A stretch of DNA of 64,000 nt, from assembly GCF_965240435.1 (NCBI RefSeq), contig NZ_CBDEKO010000003.1, one strand, 5' to 3'. Within the stretch, counting starts at the first letter, position 1; the number at the start of each line of letters is the position of its first letter. Shown here one piece after another: positions 27,769-38,794 of this stretch. The translations under genes were made by a program, and so were the position numbers. Source of the DNA: Moorena producens. GTDB lineage: Bacteria > Cyanobacteriota > Cyanobacteriia > Cyanobacteriales > Coleofasciculaceae. Below the pieces are notes generated by a model. It saw only the letters and a list, made by a program, of their open reading frames with translations. It was not told the DNA's origin and searched no databases.

Positions 27769-29208
27769 TTGGCGGCGGTCGTAGGTCACGGAAGTTCACG
27801 TATCAAATTAATTATGCAACTCAACGATCGACTTATCTGCGCCCCAACCCTAGAAGAGGCAATAGATCATCAGCCTTTGATCGTTGCTCCTGACACCCTC
27901 CTAATCGACGTAATTGCTTTGATGAGTCAGGAGGGAGGCAAAAGTTGTTCATTGCCCAATTTATACTCACCATCAGACCAGCTCAGCATTCGTGAGCCAC
28001 GGTCTAGCTGCGTTTTGGTAATGCACTCAGACAAGTTGCTGGGAATATTTACTGAGCGCGATATTGTCCGGCTAACAGCTAATGGAATTAACTTTGAAGA
28101 GGTAACAGTAGCTGAGGTCATGGCACAGCCGGTAATTACGTTTCCTCAAACTGCGTGTCGGGATATCTTTGCCGCCTTATTTATATTTCGTCGGTATCGG
28201 ATTCGCCACTTACCAATTGTGGATGATCACGGTCAGCTAGTGGGTGTTGTCTCACCAGAGCGAATTCGCCAGGTATTGCGACCAGCCAATCTGCTCAAGT
28301 TACGGCGAGTATCAGAAGTGATGACCCCCCAGGTGGTTCATGCCCTTCCCACTGGCTCAGTATTGAGTTTAGCCCAACTCATGAATAACCACCGAGTTAG
28401 TTGTGTGGTGATTACCTCCGACCATGGAGAGGATATCTGTATGCCAGTGGGGATTGTCACAGAGCGGGATATTGTCCAATTTCAGTCTCTCAAGCTGAAT
28501 TTGTCTAAAGTCCAGGCTCAGGATGTAATGAGTACACCTCTATTTCTCCTGAGTCCTGAGGATTCTCTATGGACAGCTCATCAGGAAATGCAAAAGCGTC
28601 GTGTGCGGCGATTGGTGGTGTCTTGGAATTGGGGTCAAGGAATCGGTATTGTGACCCAAACAACCCTGCTGCGAGTGTTTGACCCAATGGAAATGTATGG
28701 CATTGTGGAGACATTGCAGCAAACTGTTGAGCAATTAGACCCAGCCAAAGAATCCGTTAACAAATCCCACAAAGCCATTACCCCTGGTGAGGAATCTGGG
28801 GAGGTGCCAGAAAATGCGATCGCTTTATCAGGAGATAGTGTTAATCATAAATCAGAGCCACCCAATACAGACCAAAACAGAGACCAAAACAGAGAACTAA
28901 CCGTGATTTTGTCACAACCGATAGAGGGTCAAGGATTAAATACTTCCCAACAGTGTGAGGCTTTCAATTACCCCAATAGTAACTTGGGTACCAGTCAAGA
29001 TTATCAACTGTGTATCCTGCTCAACACTATTCAAGCTATTCTAGAGAACCTACTTAAGCAATCTAACCTATCCTCAGAATTACGTCAAAGCCAGCTTAAT
29101 TCAGCCTTAGATAATGTTGATCAAATGCGAGAGCTAATACAGAAACCCCTTAACCTGTCTTGTCAAGATCAGGTGGTGGTAGATCAGGTAGGTACTTCTA
29201 GCAGTTAA
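27769..29208 (+). CDS. CBS-domain protein (two CBS pairs) with Q/S-rich C-terminal region
   Basis: Repeated h-x-G-h-h-T-x-x-D-h motifs: LLGIFTERDIVRL, LVGVVSPERIRQV, VGIVTERDIVQF, IGIVTQTTLLRV. The start is probably at 27814 (MQLND). Confidence 0.7.
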   Translation: MAAVVGHGSSRIKLIMQLNDRLICAPTLEEAIDHQPLIVAPDTLLIDVIALMSQEGGKSCSLPNLYSPSDQLSIREPRSSCVLVMHSDKLLGIFTERDIVRLTANGINFEEVTVAEVMAQPVITFPQTACRDIFAALFIFRRYRIRHLPIVDDHGQLVGVVSPERIRQVLRPANLLKLRRVSEVMTPQVVHALPTGSVLSLAQLMNNHRVSCVVITSDHGEDICMPVGIVTERDIVQFQSLKLNLSKVQAQDVMSTPLFLLSPEDSLWTAHQEMQKRRVRRLVVSWNWGQGIGIVTQTTLLRVFDPMEMYGIVETLQQTVEQLDPAKESVNKSHKAITPGEESGEVPENAIALSGDSVNHKSEPPNTDQNRDQNRELTVILSQPIEGQGLNTSQQCEAFNYPNSNLGTSQDYQLCILLNTIQAILENLLKQSNLSSELRQSQLNSALDNVDQMRELIQKPLNLSCQDQVVVDQVGTSSS

Positions 29209-29291
29209 GCTAATCCAGATTTAAGGGACATATTTGACTTGGTCTGAGTTTGTTGAACGGTGTTCGCCGTAGGCGTCCCTTGTTGGGTAGG

Positions 29292-29777
29292 TTAACGGTT
29301 AACAAAAACTAATTGGAATTCCTTGAGTGCTGGTAAAAAGTTTTTGTTTTCATGACTAGGGCGCGTCAGTTTAATCAGGGCAAAACGTTGGATAGGAGTT
29401 AGTTCTGCCCACTGTTGAGTAGTTACTACAACTCCCAATTCCATCGCTTTTTCCGCCACGGTAGATGGAATTACCTGAGAATTCATCCAGGGAGCTTGGG
29501 GATCAACAGGTAAATTAGAAGCGGGTTTTCCTGTATAGTTTATAACTAGGTGTTGAACATAGTCTCCATACTTTTGGATTGACTCAGTCGTAGTGCAGGG
29601 TATCTCTACCAGTTGCTGACGCTCGTGTTGATTAAACTGATGCCAGTGGCTCAGTTTAAGTTTGATGCCGCAAGTGTCTAATTTCATCCGCACTTGCATA
29701 GGAATACACCGTAAGGAATCCACAAAATCCGCTTCAAATTGAAAAAAATTAGTCATAGTCTTCTCAAACTTATTCAT
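29292..29777 (-). CDS. nitrate-reductase-associated protein family (TIGR02664-like), tentative
   Basis: N-terminal FQFEADFVDSLRCIPMQVRMKLDTCGIKLKLSHW resembles the conserved start of this cyanobacterial family as I recall it. Confidence 0.4.
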   Translation of the reverse strand: MNKFEKTMTNFFQFEADFVDSLRCIPMQVRMKLDTCGIKLKLSHWHQFNQHERQQLVEIPCTTTESIQKYGDYVQHLVINYTGKPASNLPVDPQAPWMNSQVIPSTVAEKAMELGVVVTTQQWAELTPIQRFALIKLTRPSHENKNFLPALKEFQLVFVNR

Positions 29778-30244
29778 TAATGAAGTTTTCTTGTGCTAGT
29801 ACTGCGGATAATCCAGTAACTAATTGATAGAGATATAATTGCAATTGCTAATCCAATTACCTGGCTTCCAGAAGTAGTTTTAAGGTCAAGAATAATAATT
29901 TTACGGGCAACGGCAATTAAAGACGTAACAACAACTAACTCAAGTTGAATAACATGTTTTCGCAAATAAGCTGTTATATTTTCTAAAATTTCTAGTGCAA
30001 TAAGAATATTTAGAAACAGTCCAAATATTTTGAAAAGTGTTTTGCTCAAAACTATTGCTTCTGGATTAGTTATTTCTTTAAATAGTGAGATAACTAGGCT
30101 CCTAAGTGCAACCAAAATTACCACCACCATCACCAAAGAGAGAACTTTGGAAACAAACCCCTCGAACAGATTTAGCCCGTATAAGAAATTCTCATCTTTG
30201 GCTGCATCTCTAAGTTTTTGGAAGAGTTGTCTTAACCGCCTCAT
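29777..30244 (-). CDS. PsiE-family (phosphate-starvation-inducible) membrane protein, tentative
   Basis: 155 aa with four predicted TM helices. IALEILENITAYL and LIAVARKIIILD resemble PsiE conserved regions. Confidence 0.4.
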   Translation of the reverse strand: MRRLRQLFQKLRDAAKDENFLYGLNLFEGFVSKVLSLVMVVVILVALRSLVISLFKEITNPEAIVLSKTLFKIFGLFLNILIALEILENITAYLRKHVIQLELVVVTSLIAVARKIIILDLKTTSGSQVIGLAIAIISLSISYWIIRSTSTRKLH

Positions 30245-30424
30245 AGGAATAGGTTAGTAAAAAGACAGATGATGGTTGATTTTAACACTTCCACGGGGTA
30301 TTAACCTAACAGATCAGTCAATCTCGTGGTTGCCTTTCCCTGAGGCCACCTCCGATGTTCAACTATCGCAATCTCTATGACTTCATAAAGCCAAGACGAT
30401 CAACAAGAGGGAGGGCGTTGCTGA

Positions 30425-30500
30425 TTCATGCAATGATTGAGGGTAATTGGTAATTGGTAATTGGTAATTGGTAATTGGTAATTGGTAATTGGTAATTGGT
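30425..30500. repeat. heptamer tandem repeat (ggtaatt x ~10)
   Basis: ggtaattggtaattggtaattggtaattggtaattggtaattggtaattggtaattggtcac. Confidence 0.95.
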
Positions 30501-31411
30501 AATTGGTCACTGATCCCACTACACTTGACGAAGTTCCTTAGTTCACTAGCCCCAGAGGGAGAATAGACCGGAATAGGGGTCAGAGGGGAGAGATTAACCA
30601 TGATCTTTGTCACAAAAATTTACAAATTGACATTGGGGGTGGATCAAGTTTTAGTAAACATATAGTAAAGATTTCATTAAAGTTTCCTTTAATTTGATTA
30701 GGGTGACATATATCCCCTAGATTTCCTTGTCAGTTTACTCAAGATTACGTGAAGATTGTGTGAAATTTGCATAAATTTGGGAATTTTGTGAAAAAAGTAT
30801 GAATAAAATGTGAATGTAGAAAAGAAATGTGAGTTTCGCTTGACAACTACCCCTTGAATTTACTAGATTTCCTTTTGTAGATGAACAAAATTTCACGTTC
30901 AAGATCATCAGCGTGAAATATAACTTCATAAACCAAACAGCCAAACCAATCCAACTTTGGATTTGTCTTTCTTGAAAGAATCAAAGAGGGTAACTATGCT
31001 CAAGCTAGTGATTTTATTGTTTCCGCTGACTGAGCCAGTTTTTTGAATAGAACTTGTAACTAGTTCAGGCGCTTACGCCATCGGCTTTATGGCGAATCGG
31101 GCTGAGTAGATATACTCGATATCGTTCAGCTCAGCAGTTAGCCACATAGAAACTCTAGAAAAAAACTCTAGAATATTTTTAAATTCAGGTGCTCATCTGT
31201 TTCGGTGTCTAGGTGTTTGGGGATTTACTTCAGACAACAGAAAAGTTTTCTGTCTAAAGACAGAGGAATTTAAAAAGGGTTTGTATTTGTTGTTGTAACG
31301 GGCCTGAAATAGGATCAATCTTTCACGCTCATCTGCGCTTAGTCTATTTAGGCAAGGCTCTGGTATTGTGAAAAATTAGGTGCAACATTAGGTTTCACAA
31401 CAGCATCAACT

Positions 31412-31966
31412 TTGAAAAAATCATCCGACATACTCATGAACATACCATTAGGAAAGCGGAAGCCATCGCCGCGTTCTCTAATCCAGCTTTTGACTAAGAG
31501 CTTTTCAGGGGTGCTTAGCAAATTGAACCTAAAAGCAGTAGGTTTTCAACCCACTGACGACCCTAGCCATTGCTGGCAGTGCTGTTGGTTAACTATCTCG
31601 AACAGATTGCTGAGGGGTCTTAGATCTGACACCTCCGACACTGGTGTTGGCACTGAAGGCATTGAACAGGATAGCAGCTATTTCCGGAATGATGTGCTAT
31701 CGTCAAACTTATCAGTCTTGGTGGGAGCAAAAAAGGCGGAAATTAGCTTACTGCAAGGGATTTTAAATCGCCTGAAAGTCTTCTGTGACATAACTGCAAT
31801 CACTGATATGCCCGCATTACAAGGGAATCATACGAGGCTGATTGGCAAAATTCTACCCCACTGGCAAGTATTTAGGTTGGTAATTGATATCAAACTCAAT
31901 TCTGTTCTAGTCCAGCAGTTTTTAAATCCATTGTGGCCAATGACCACGGTGGGATCTGTTGAGTAA
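31412..31966 (+). CDS. hypothetical protein
   Basis: 184-aa ORF in an otherwise ORF-poor AT-rich region. No motifs recognised. Confidence 0.2.
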   Translation: MKKSSDILMNIPLGKRKPSPRSLIQLLTKSFSGVLSKLNLKAVGFQPTDDPSHCWQCCWLTISNRLLRGLRSDTSDTGVGTEGIEQDSSYFRNDVLSSNLSVLVGAKKAEISLLQGILNRLKVFCDITAITDMPALQGNHTRLIGKILPHWQVFRLVIDIKLNSVLVQQFLNPLWPMTTVGSVE

Positions 31967-32234
31967 GCGAGTCTCAACAGATCCCACCGATTAATCCTTG
32001 GATTGAGAGTTTGTTATTGTTCCCCATGGTAGTTTGTAGCAGCAAAGCGTGTTTATCCCTTAAGTGTTTAGACAAAGTTTAGACAAATAACTATGAGCGC
32101 AAACTCCATAGCTTACTATGGGTCGCAATTGCAATAATCCTTAACCTGTTCAAGGGTTAATCATTTCCCTGGTGAACTGGCAACTTCCCCTTGCCAGTTG
32201 GGTATAGACCATTACAAGATGTCGTTAATTCTGG

Positions 32235-32549
32235 GTGACTACCATGGCCAAAAAATTACTCTCAATAACTAGTAGATCATCAACTAGTAGAACATCTCAA
32301 GCAACGTCAACCTCTACGAGCTCTGAAAAAGTCATGACTAACGACCAGCTTAACCAAGTCGTAGAAGCTATCATCGCAGGCAAGTATTCTTGGGCTTGTG
32401 TGTTAGTTCTGCGTTTTTCTGGCTACAACCCCCTCCATTACATCCCTTACCGAACCTACAATCGGTTAATCAAAGAAAATAGTCAAGCTGGTAAGCATCC
32501 AGTTGGCAAAACCCCTGTATCACGATCACAGGTTGTTAGTAAGGTCTAG
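32235..32549 (+). CDS. HetP-family protein (paralog 1), immediately upstream of the hetC-like exporter
   Basis: [45 protein letters not shown] matches the conserved HetP N-terminal domain as I recall it from Anabaena ([14 protein letters not shown]...[15 protein letters not shown]). Two further paralogs at 38795 and 59130 share the motif. Confidence 0.6.
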   Translation: MTTMAKKLLSITSRSSTSRTSQATSTSTSSEKVMTNDQLNQVVEAIIAGKYSWACVLVLRFSGYNPLHYIPYRTYNRLIKENSQAGKHPVGKTPVSRSQVVSKV

Positions 32550-32991
32550 TCAGCTAAGCGGGAAATTTGGGAGATTCATCAAGTCTGAACAAAACCCACC
32601 TGCCTAGGTCAGTTTGATGGATTATTGATGGACTATTGATGCAGAGCCTACTTGTCAACGTCTTCGGTGTTTAATATGTTGAACTCCACTCGCATCAACC
32701 GACCTATCTGCTTACATCTAGCTGACTTCTATTATTGGCTTGATGATCCGACTCAGACTTGATCTCCTATCCCCAACCCTTATGGGTTTACTTTACACCA
32801 GATGCCCTAGCGGTAATTTAAAGTTTCGATGAAGTTTACTTAAAGTTTTGGTGAAGTTTTTGTGAATTATTGGTAACTAGTCGGTTAGTGACTTGACAAA
32901 AACTAAGTTATTAGCTAACTAAATGTAGTTAATTGTAAATGGTTAATTGTAAATGGTTAATTGTTAAAAATCAATTTTCAATGTTTAACAT

Positions 32992-35900
32992 ATGAAGAAT
33001 ATAATCAGGGATTCGGCAGAGCATGGGTTACCATCGTCTTCTATCAACCCAGACCCTGCTAGCAATTTATCAGTGGTGCTTCAAAGCTTGACCCTAGACT
33101 CAGTCGATCCAAAGCTCAACTACGAATTTAGTCAATCGTTTGACCTTGATAACTTCCAGCTAGGGGATAAAATCCTCGCCTATAATACACCAGAGCTATC
33201 CAAAGATTCTGTTGAGATTGAACAAGATCACCAATATCTTTACCTAGTTTGTCAGGGGCGGGTACGACTACTAGGCTTTGATGCTGAAAAACAGCGGGAG
33301 GTTTCCATACAGGTACTCGAAGAAGGGGAAACCTTTGGTGCCTATGATCTCTTAGGTAGTCTATCCTATCCTTACAGAGCGATCGCAGGGAGTTCAGGAC
33401 AAGTTGCTCGTATTTCCCTAAATCAACTCTTGCCTTGGTTGGAACGGTTGCCGAAGTGGTCGGAAATCCTGGGGCAACAAGCCCAGCACCGGCAATGCCT
33501 AATTTTCTTCAAGACTTTGACCAAATTGCGTACGCTTAACGGTGTTAGCCTAAATCAACTGTTGCCCTACATCGTAGAAACACGCATTGAGGCTGGGGAG
33601 TCTCTGGTGTCCTCTTCCCAAGCTGGGCATTGCTGGCTACGTAGTGGTCAAATGGCAACGCCAGAAGGAACACAGGCAAATTCCTCTGCTCCATTTCCTA
33701 GCATCGGAGACAGTTGGGGATATCCGATGCCAGTACCAACAGATTGGATTGCCCAAACTGATGTATTGCTTTACCAGCTGCCTCAAGAGCATTGGCAAGC
33801 GGCTTGCGCGATCGCACCAGTTTTGGCTAACTCCACCGACTCACCAGATCAGGAGAACAGGCAAAGTGCTAAAAATGGTGACGGTAAATCTCCATCGGCT
33901 CAAGGCTTAGTTAACAAAACCCATACTCCGTCACCACATCCAAACCAAACTAGAGCACGACCGACTCGGCGAGTTTTAGAACCTCCTAAGCAACAAACGC
34001 CCCTTGAAGCCAGTCAGTCAGAAAGCTTTGATTTTCCTAAACCAGCAAAGCAGGGTTGGAAATTCCTAAGGTTTTGGCAGCGCTATCCTTTTATTGAGCA
34101 GCAAGCTTCCTCGGATTGTGGTGCTGCCTGCTTAGCCATGATTGGGCAGTATTGGGGTAAACGGTTTGCTCTCAACTCCCTGCGGGAACTGGCGGGAGTG
34201 GGCCGTTCTGGTTCATCCCTCAAAGGTTTATCTAAAGCAGCAGAAAGTTTAGGCTTTCAAGCTAGTCCAGTTAGGGCTTCTTTAGGTCGCTTAGCCGATC
34301 GGAGTAATCCTTGGATTGCTCACTGGGAAGGGGATCACTATATTGTTGTCTACCAGGTAAAGGGTAATAAGGTACTTGTTGCCGATCCAGCAGTGGGGAA
34401 GCGATCGCTTGCTCGCAAAGACTTTCTCCAAGGTTGGACTGGGTATGCCATGCTATTGGATCCAACTCCCCAACTAGCAATTACTCCCAGCGACAAACGT
34501 TCTTTAGGGCCGTTTTGGGGGTTGCTATGGCCCCATCGCTCAGTCCTGCTGCAAATTATCTTGGCTACCCTCATCCTTCAGGTTTTTGGTCTGATTACTC
34601 CCTTATTTACCCAGATCATTCTTGACCGGGTGATTATCAACAGAAGCCTTGTCACTCTCAATGTCTTCTCCATTGGTCTAATCATCTTTGGCATTTGGAC
34701 GATTGGGGTTAGTATAACCAGACGCTACTTGCTCGACTACTTTTCCAATCGGCTTAGTCTCACCTTCGTCAGTGGGTTCATAAACCATACCCTGACTTTA
34801 CCTCTGAAGTTTTTTGAATCCCGCCAGGTGGGGGATATCCTGACCCGAATTCAGGAAACTGGAAAAATTCAGGGTTTTATAACTCAGCAAGCGATTGCTA
34901 CTTGGCTAGATGTGATAATGGTGTTTGTCTATATTGGACTGATGCTCTACTACAATTGGCGTCTAACTGTCCTGGTGCTGGCAACGATTTTACCCATCGC
35001 CATCTTGACTGTGATTGCCAGTCCCTTTCTACGCCAGGTGTCCAGGGAAATCTTTAAAGAAGCAGCCCAACAAAATTCTATGTTAGTGGAAATGATGTCA
35101 GGGGTTGCTACTGTGAAAACGGCGGCTTCGGAACAAGAAGTGCGCTGGCGCTGGGAAGATCGCCTCACCAATCAGTTGAATGTACAATTTAAAGGTAGGA
35201 ACCTGGCTAACGGGTTGGGGTCAATTAGTTCTCTAATTAATACTCTCAGCAGCACCGCTTTGCTTTGGTTTGGCGCTAGCTTAGTAATTAGTGAGCAGCT
35301 TACTATCGGTCAGTATGTCGCGTTTAATATGCTCATTGGCCGAGTTACTGGTCCGATTTTGGCTCTCGTGAATCTTTGGGATGAGTTTCAAGAAATCTTG
35401 GTGTCTGTAGAACGGCTTAATGATGTCTTATCTGCTAAACCAGAGGAGAATCCTCAAGAACCGATGCTGGTTCTACCTGAGATTAAGGGTGATGTAATAT
35501 TGGAAGATGTTACCTTCCGATACTCGGAGGATGAGGATCGCAATATCCTACAGAATATTTCCCTACAGATTAAGGCTGGAGAAACCATTGCTCTAGTGGG
35601 GCGCAGTGGCTCGGGCAAGAGTACCTTGGTCAAACTACTGCAAGGTCTCTATCATCCGACTAATGGTCGTATTTTGGTGGATGGACACGATATCCGCCAT
35701 ATTTCCCCCCAATCTTTGCGTTCTCAAATGGGTGTGGTACCCCAAGAATGTTTCTTGTTCTCGGGGACAATTGTCGAAAATATCACTCTCTACCGACCGG
35801 ATTTCAGCCTAGATCAAGCGGTAGAGGTAGCCAAACTAGCAGAAGCTCATGCCTTTATTCAAGGTATGACTTTGGGATATAATACAAAAGTCGGAGAGCG

Positions 35901-36219
35901 AGGTTCTACCCTTTCTGGTGGACAGCGACAAAGGATTGCCATAGCCCGAGCCCTATTGGGCGACCCCAAGATTCTGATTCTGGATGAAGCGACTAGCTCC
36001 CTAGATACAGAATCCGAGCGCCGCTTTCAACAAAACTTAGCTCGCATTAGTCGCGATCGCACTACCTTCATCATCGCCCACCGCCTCTCTACAGTGCGCA
36101 ATGCTGACTGCATCCTTGTCCTAGACCGAGGTATTCTGGTGGAGAAAGGCAACCATGAGGAACTCATGGATCGTCAAGGTCTTTACTATCATCTAGCGCA
36201 GCAGCAGCTAGATCTTTAA
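32992..36219 (+). CDS. HetC-like bacteriocin/peptide exporter: cNMP-binding-like N-domain, C39 peptidase and ABC transporter
   Basis: C39 active-site SSDCGAACLAMIGQYWGK with downstream HYIVVY. Six TM helices. ABC motifs GRSGSGKSTL, LSGGQRQRIAIARAL, ILILDEATS and IIAHRLST. The N-terminal ~330 aa contain a cNMP-binding-like beta-roll (LYLVCQGRVRLL...GETFGAYDLL). Confidence 0.85.
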   Translation: MKNIIRDSAEHGLPSSSINPDPASNLSVVLQSLTLDSVDPKLNYEFSQSFDLDNFQLGDKILAYNTPELSKDSVEIEQDHQYLYLVCQGRVRLLGFDAEKQREVSIQVLEEGETFGAYDLLGSLSYPYRAIAGSSGQVARISLNQLLPWLERLPKWSEILGQQAQHRQCLIFFKTLTKLRTLNGVSLNQLLPYIVETRIEAGESLVSSSQAGHCWLRSGQMATPEGTQANSSAPFPSIGDSWGYPMPVPTDWIAQTDVLLYQLPQEHWQAACAIAPVLANSTDSPDQENRQSAKNGDGKSPSAQGLVNKTHTPSPHPNQTRARPTRRVLEPPKQQTPLEASQSESFDFPKPAKQGWKFLRFWQRYPFIEQQASSDCGAACLAMIGQYWGKRFALNSLRELAGVGRSGSSLKGLSKAAESLGFQASPVRASLGRLADRSNPWIAHWEGDHYIVVYQVKGNKVLVADPAVGKRSLARKDFLQGWTGYAMLLDPTPQLAITPSDKRSLGPFWGLLWPHRSVLLQIILATLILQVFGLITPLFTQIILDRVIINRSLVTLNVFSIGLIIFGIWTIGVSITRRYLLDYFSNRLSLTFVSGFINHTLTLPLKFFESRQVGDILTRIQETGKIQGFITQQAIATWLDVIMVFVYIGLMLYYNWRLTVLVLATILPIAILTVIASPFLRQVSREIFKEAAQQNSMLVEMMSGVATVKTAASEQEVRWRWEDRLTNQLNVQFKGRNLANGLGSISSLINTLSSTALLWFGASLVISEQLTIGQYVAFNMLIGRVTGPILALVNLWDEFQEILVSVERLNDVLSAKPEENPQEPMLVLPEIKGDVILEDVTFRYSEDEDRNILQNISLQIKAGETIALVGRSGSGKSTLVKLLQGLYHPTNGRILVDGHDIRHISPQSLRSQMGVVPQECFLFSGTIVENITLYRPDFSLDQAVEVAKLAEAHAFIQGMTLGYNTKVGERGSTLSGGQRQRIAIARALLGDPKILILDEATSSLDTESERRFQQNLARISRDRTTFIIAHRLSTVRNADCILVLDRGILVEKGNHEELMDRQGLYYHLAQQQLDL

Positions 36220-36239
36220 TAGATCGTTAACAAGTACTC

Positions 36240-36300
36240 ATTAGTCATTAGTTATTAGTTATTAGTTATTTAGTCATTAGTCATTTGTAAATACCAACAG
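36240..36300. repeat. tandem repeat (agttatt/agtcatt)
   Basis: tagtcattagttattagttattagttatttagtcattagtcatttg. Confidence 0.85.
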
Positions 36301-36378
36301 ACCCTGGTGAGTCACAAAGGACTAATGACTAAGAAAATTTGAAGCTACCTATGACTATATCAAACTCTGTAAAAATTT

Positions 36379-36389
36379 GCCAATTTGGC
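36379..36389. promoter_or_regulatory. GCCAA-N-TTGGC palindromic motif instance in the hetC-like/hlyD intergenic region (with a degenerate second copy at ~36487)
   Basis: aaaaatttgccaatttggcaacac sits inside one of two ~90-bp direct repeats at 36316-36400 and 36405-36510. Confidence 0.4.
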
Positions 36390-37020
36390 AACACAGTGAT
36401 CTGAAAAGGACTAATGACTAAGCACAAATGAAATTTGAAGCTAGCTATTGCTATGTCAAGCTTTGTAAAAAGCTGCCAAAAATCTGCCAATTTAGCAACA
36501 TACTCAGATGAAATTGATCTTTTATCAGAAAAGTTGAAAAGCGCTGTTTGAAGAGAAGGGGATTATAAACAGTTGTTCAGATATGGCTCCACACCCATAT
36601 ATAGCGCAACCGTTTAGAATCCCCTGAGAATCCCCCATGAAGCACACTCACAGGAGAGTTTAATTCCAATTCCTTTGTTTAATTGATTCCCATGCACCCC
36701 ACCAAAGGTGAGACGAAGGTAACTTGGAGAGCCTAACCCTAGGGGTCAGGTTGCTCAAGTCCACACCTCACAGCGTGCTCAGCCAATAGGTTTGACCGAC
36801 CGACGGCTACTTAAAGGGGAAGGGTTTAAGTTCTGATCCCGGGGTGCATTTAAGCTATCTGAAAAAGGGGCAAGTAGAGTCAGGTAATGCCAAAGATTTC
36901 GGTCTGCCCAACAATACCAAACTCGCCCCGGGAAGCTCAGGGCAGCACGAGAATTGGTCGCTTTCTTTCCCAAAACATTGGTCATTTCCCTAAAATGTTA
37001 ATTTAGCGTGATCTACCACC

Positions 37021-38622
37021 ATGACACAAGCAAAACCAATAAACTCCCCACCTGAGGCGGCTACGAGTCGTCAGGGTAACGTCGTTTTAATGCCATCAGG
37101 TCGCCTGAGACCTGATTATGACCAAGAGGCAGCCTCACCCAGCACAGAGGTAGGAACCAATACTGCCAATGCTCCTAGTACCTCCAAATGGTCAACCTCC
37201 ATACAAACTACCCTCGACCAGCCTCCGGCGAATCTTCCCCGGCTGCTGATGTTGGGTGGATTAAGCTTCTGTACGATATTTGTGGCTTGGGCAACGTTTG
37301 GACAGATTGATGAAGTCGGTAAAGCTCATGGAAGCTTAGTGCCAAAAGGCGACGTTTATAAAGTTGACCCGATTGAGCCAGGCAAGATTGCTAGTATTAA
37401 TGTCAAAGAAGGGCAAGCGGTTAAAGCTGGGGAAGTCTTGGTGGAACTGGATACAGAGCTTGCCACTCAAGAAGTAGAGCGTTTACAGAAAGTCCTTAAT
37501 GCAGACCGGATTAAGTTAGTTCAGATGCAAGGACTGCTTGAAAGAACCCGTCTGGAAGCAGAAACTCGTGAGCAGATTACCCAAGCAGAAGTTCAAGCAC
37601 AACATGCTTCGATCGCACGAGCACAAGCTAGTGCATCGGCAATTAGACAACAAATCATTCAACATCAGTTAGCTAAAGCTGCTAATCGCGAACGATTACA
37701 ACGGATGAAGCTGGTGCAGGCGACAGCCCAAGAACTGCTCCAGCAACGGCGGGCTAATGTAGTGGCTCTTAAAGAACGACTCGATAATCTTAAGCCTCTG
37801 TTGGCAGAAGGAGCAATCTCCAAAGAACAGGTATTTCAAGCAGAACAAAGCTTTCGTGCTAGCCAAAGTGCTGTTACCGAAAGCAAACTGCAAGAGGGTT
37901 TGAGTACTCGCGAACAAATCTTTCAAGCTCAGCAAAGTATACGCGATCGCGAAGCGGCGACTAGCCAAAGCCAAGGTGAGCTACAACAGACTTTAGCAGA
38001 AATCAAGCGACTAGAAGCAGAATTAGAGCATCGGCAAGCAACAGGACGCACCACTCGCCTAGAAGCACAGCAGAAAATTCAACAGTTGGAAGTGGAACTG
38101 ACCCAAATCAAAGCTAGAATTTCTGAAAATGAAACCCTGGTCAATACTGCTAAAACCAGGCTCAAACAGAAGTTTCTTAAAGCGCCAGTGGATGGGGTAA
38201 TATCTTCCCTCAACATTTCTAATACTGGTCAAGTCGTGCAACCAGGACATAGCATCGCCGAAATCGCTCCTCAAGGTGCCCCCCTAGTGCTATCGGCAAG
38301 TTTGCCTACTCGGGAGGCAGGGTTTATTAACGAAGGAATGCCGGTGCAAGTGAAATTTGATGCCTATCCCTATCAGGATTACGGCATCATCAAAGGCACG
38401 GTGATTTCCATCTCTTCCGATGCTAAAGCCGATCAACTAATGGGTTCAGTCTATAAGGTAAAAGTGTCCCTTGACCGTGACTATGTGATTGAAGATGATG
38501 AAATCATTCGGTTTAAGGCTGGTCAGACCGCCAATGCTGACATCATCATCCGCCGCCGTCGGATTATCGATTTCTTATTGGATCCGATGCGACAGCTGCA
38601 AAAAAGTGGCATCGATCTATAG
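37021..38622 (+). CDS. HlyD-family membrane fusion protein (T1SS periplasmic adaptor)
   Basis: N-terminal TM segment LLMLGGLSFCTIFVAW, a long coiled-coil and C-terminal beta domain ending ADIIIRRRRIIDFLLDP, as in HlyD/CvaA. Confidence 0.85.
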   Translation: MTQAKPINSPPEAATSRQGNVVLMPSGRLRPDYDQEAASPSTEVGTNTANAPSTSKWSTSIQTTLDQPPANLPRLLMLGGLSFCTIFVAWATFGQIDEVGKAHGSLVPKGDVYKVDPIEPGKIASINVKEGQAVKAGEVLVELDTELATQEVERLQKVLNADRIKLVQMQGLLERTRLEAETREQITQAEVQAQHASIARAQASASAIRQQIIQHQLAKAANRERLQRMKLVQATAQELLQQRRANVVALKERLDNLKPLLAEGAISKEQVFQAEQSFRASQSAVTESKLQEGLSTREQIFQAQQSIRDREAATSQSQGELQQTLAEIKRLEAELEHRQATGRTTRLEAQQKIQQLEVELTQIKARISENETLVNTAKTRLKQKFLKAPVDGVISSLNISNTGQVVQPGHSIAEIAPQGAPLVLSASLPTREAGFINEGMPVQVKFDAYPYQDYGIIKGTVISISSDAKADQLMGSVYKVKVSLDRDYVIEDDEIIRFKAGQTANADIIIRRRRIIDFLLDPMRQLQKSGIDL

Positions 38623-38794
38623 TGCTCTGTGCTCAAATCACTTTCATCACTGACTAATCGTTTCCCGTTGACGGTTAACAATTGACCGTTAATTCTTAGT
38701 AGTCAACTTGCTAGTAATTCCTTGGAATCTGCACGTTAACTGCACTTCAGCTTATAAACTATTGACCTTTAGACTTACAGGATCAGAAATAACC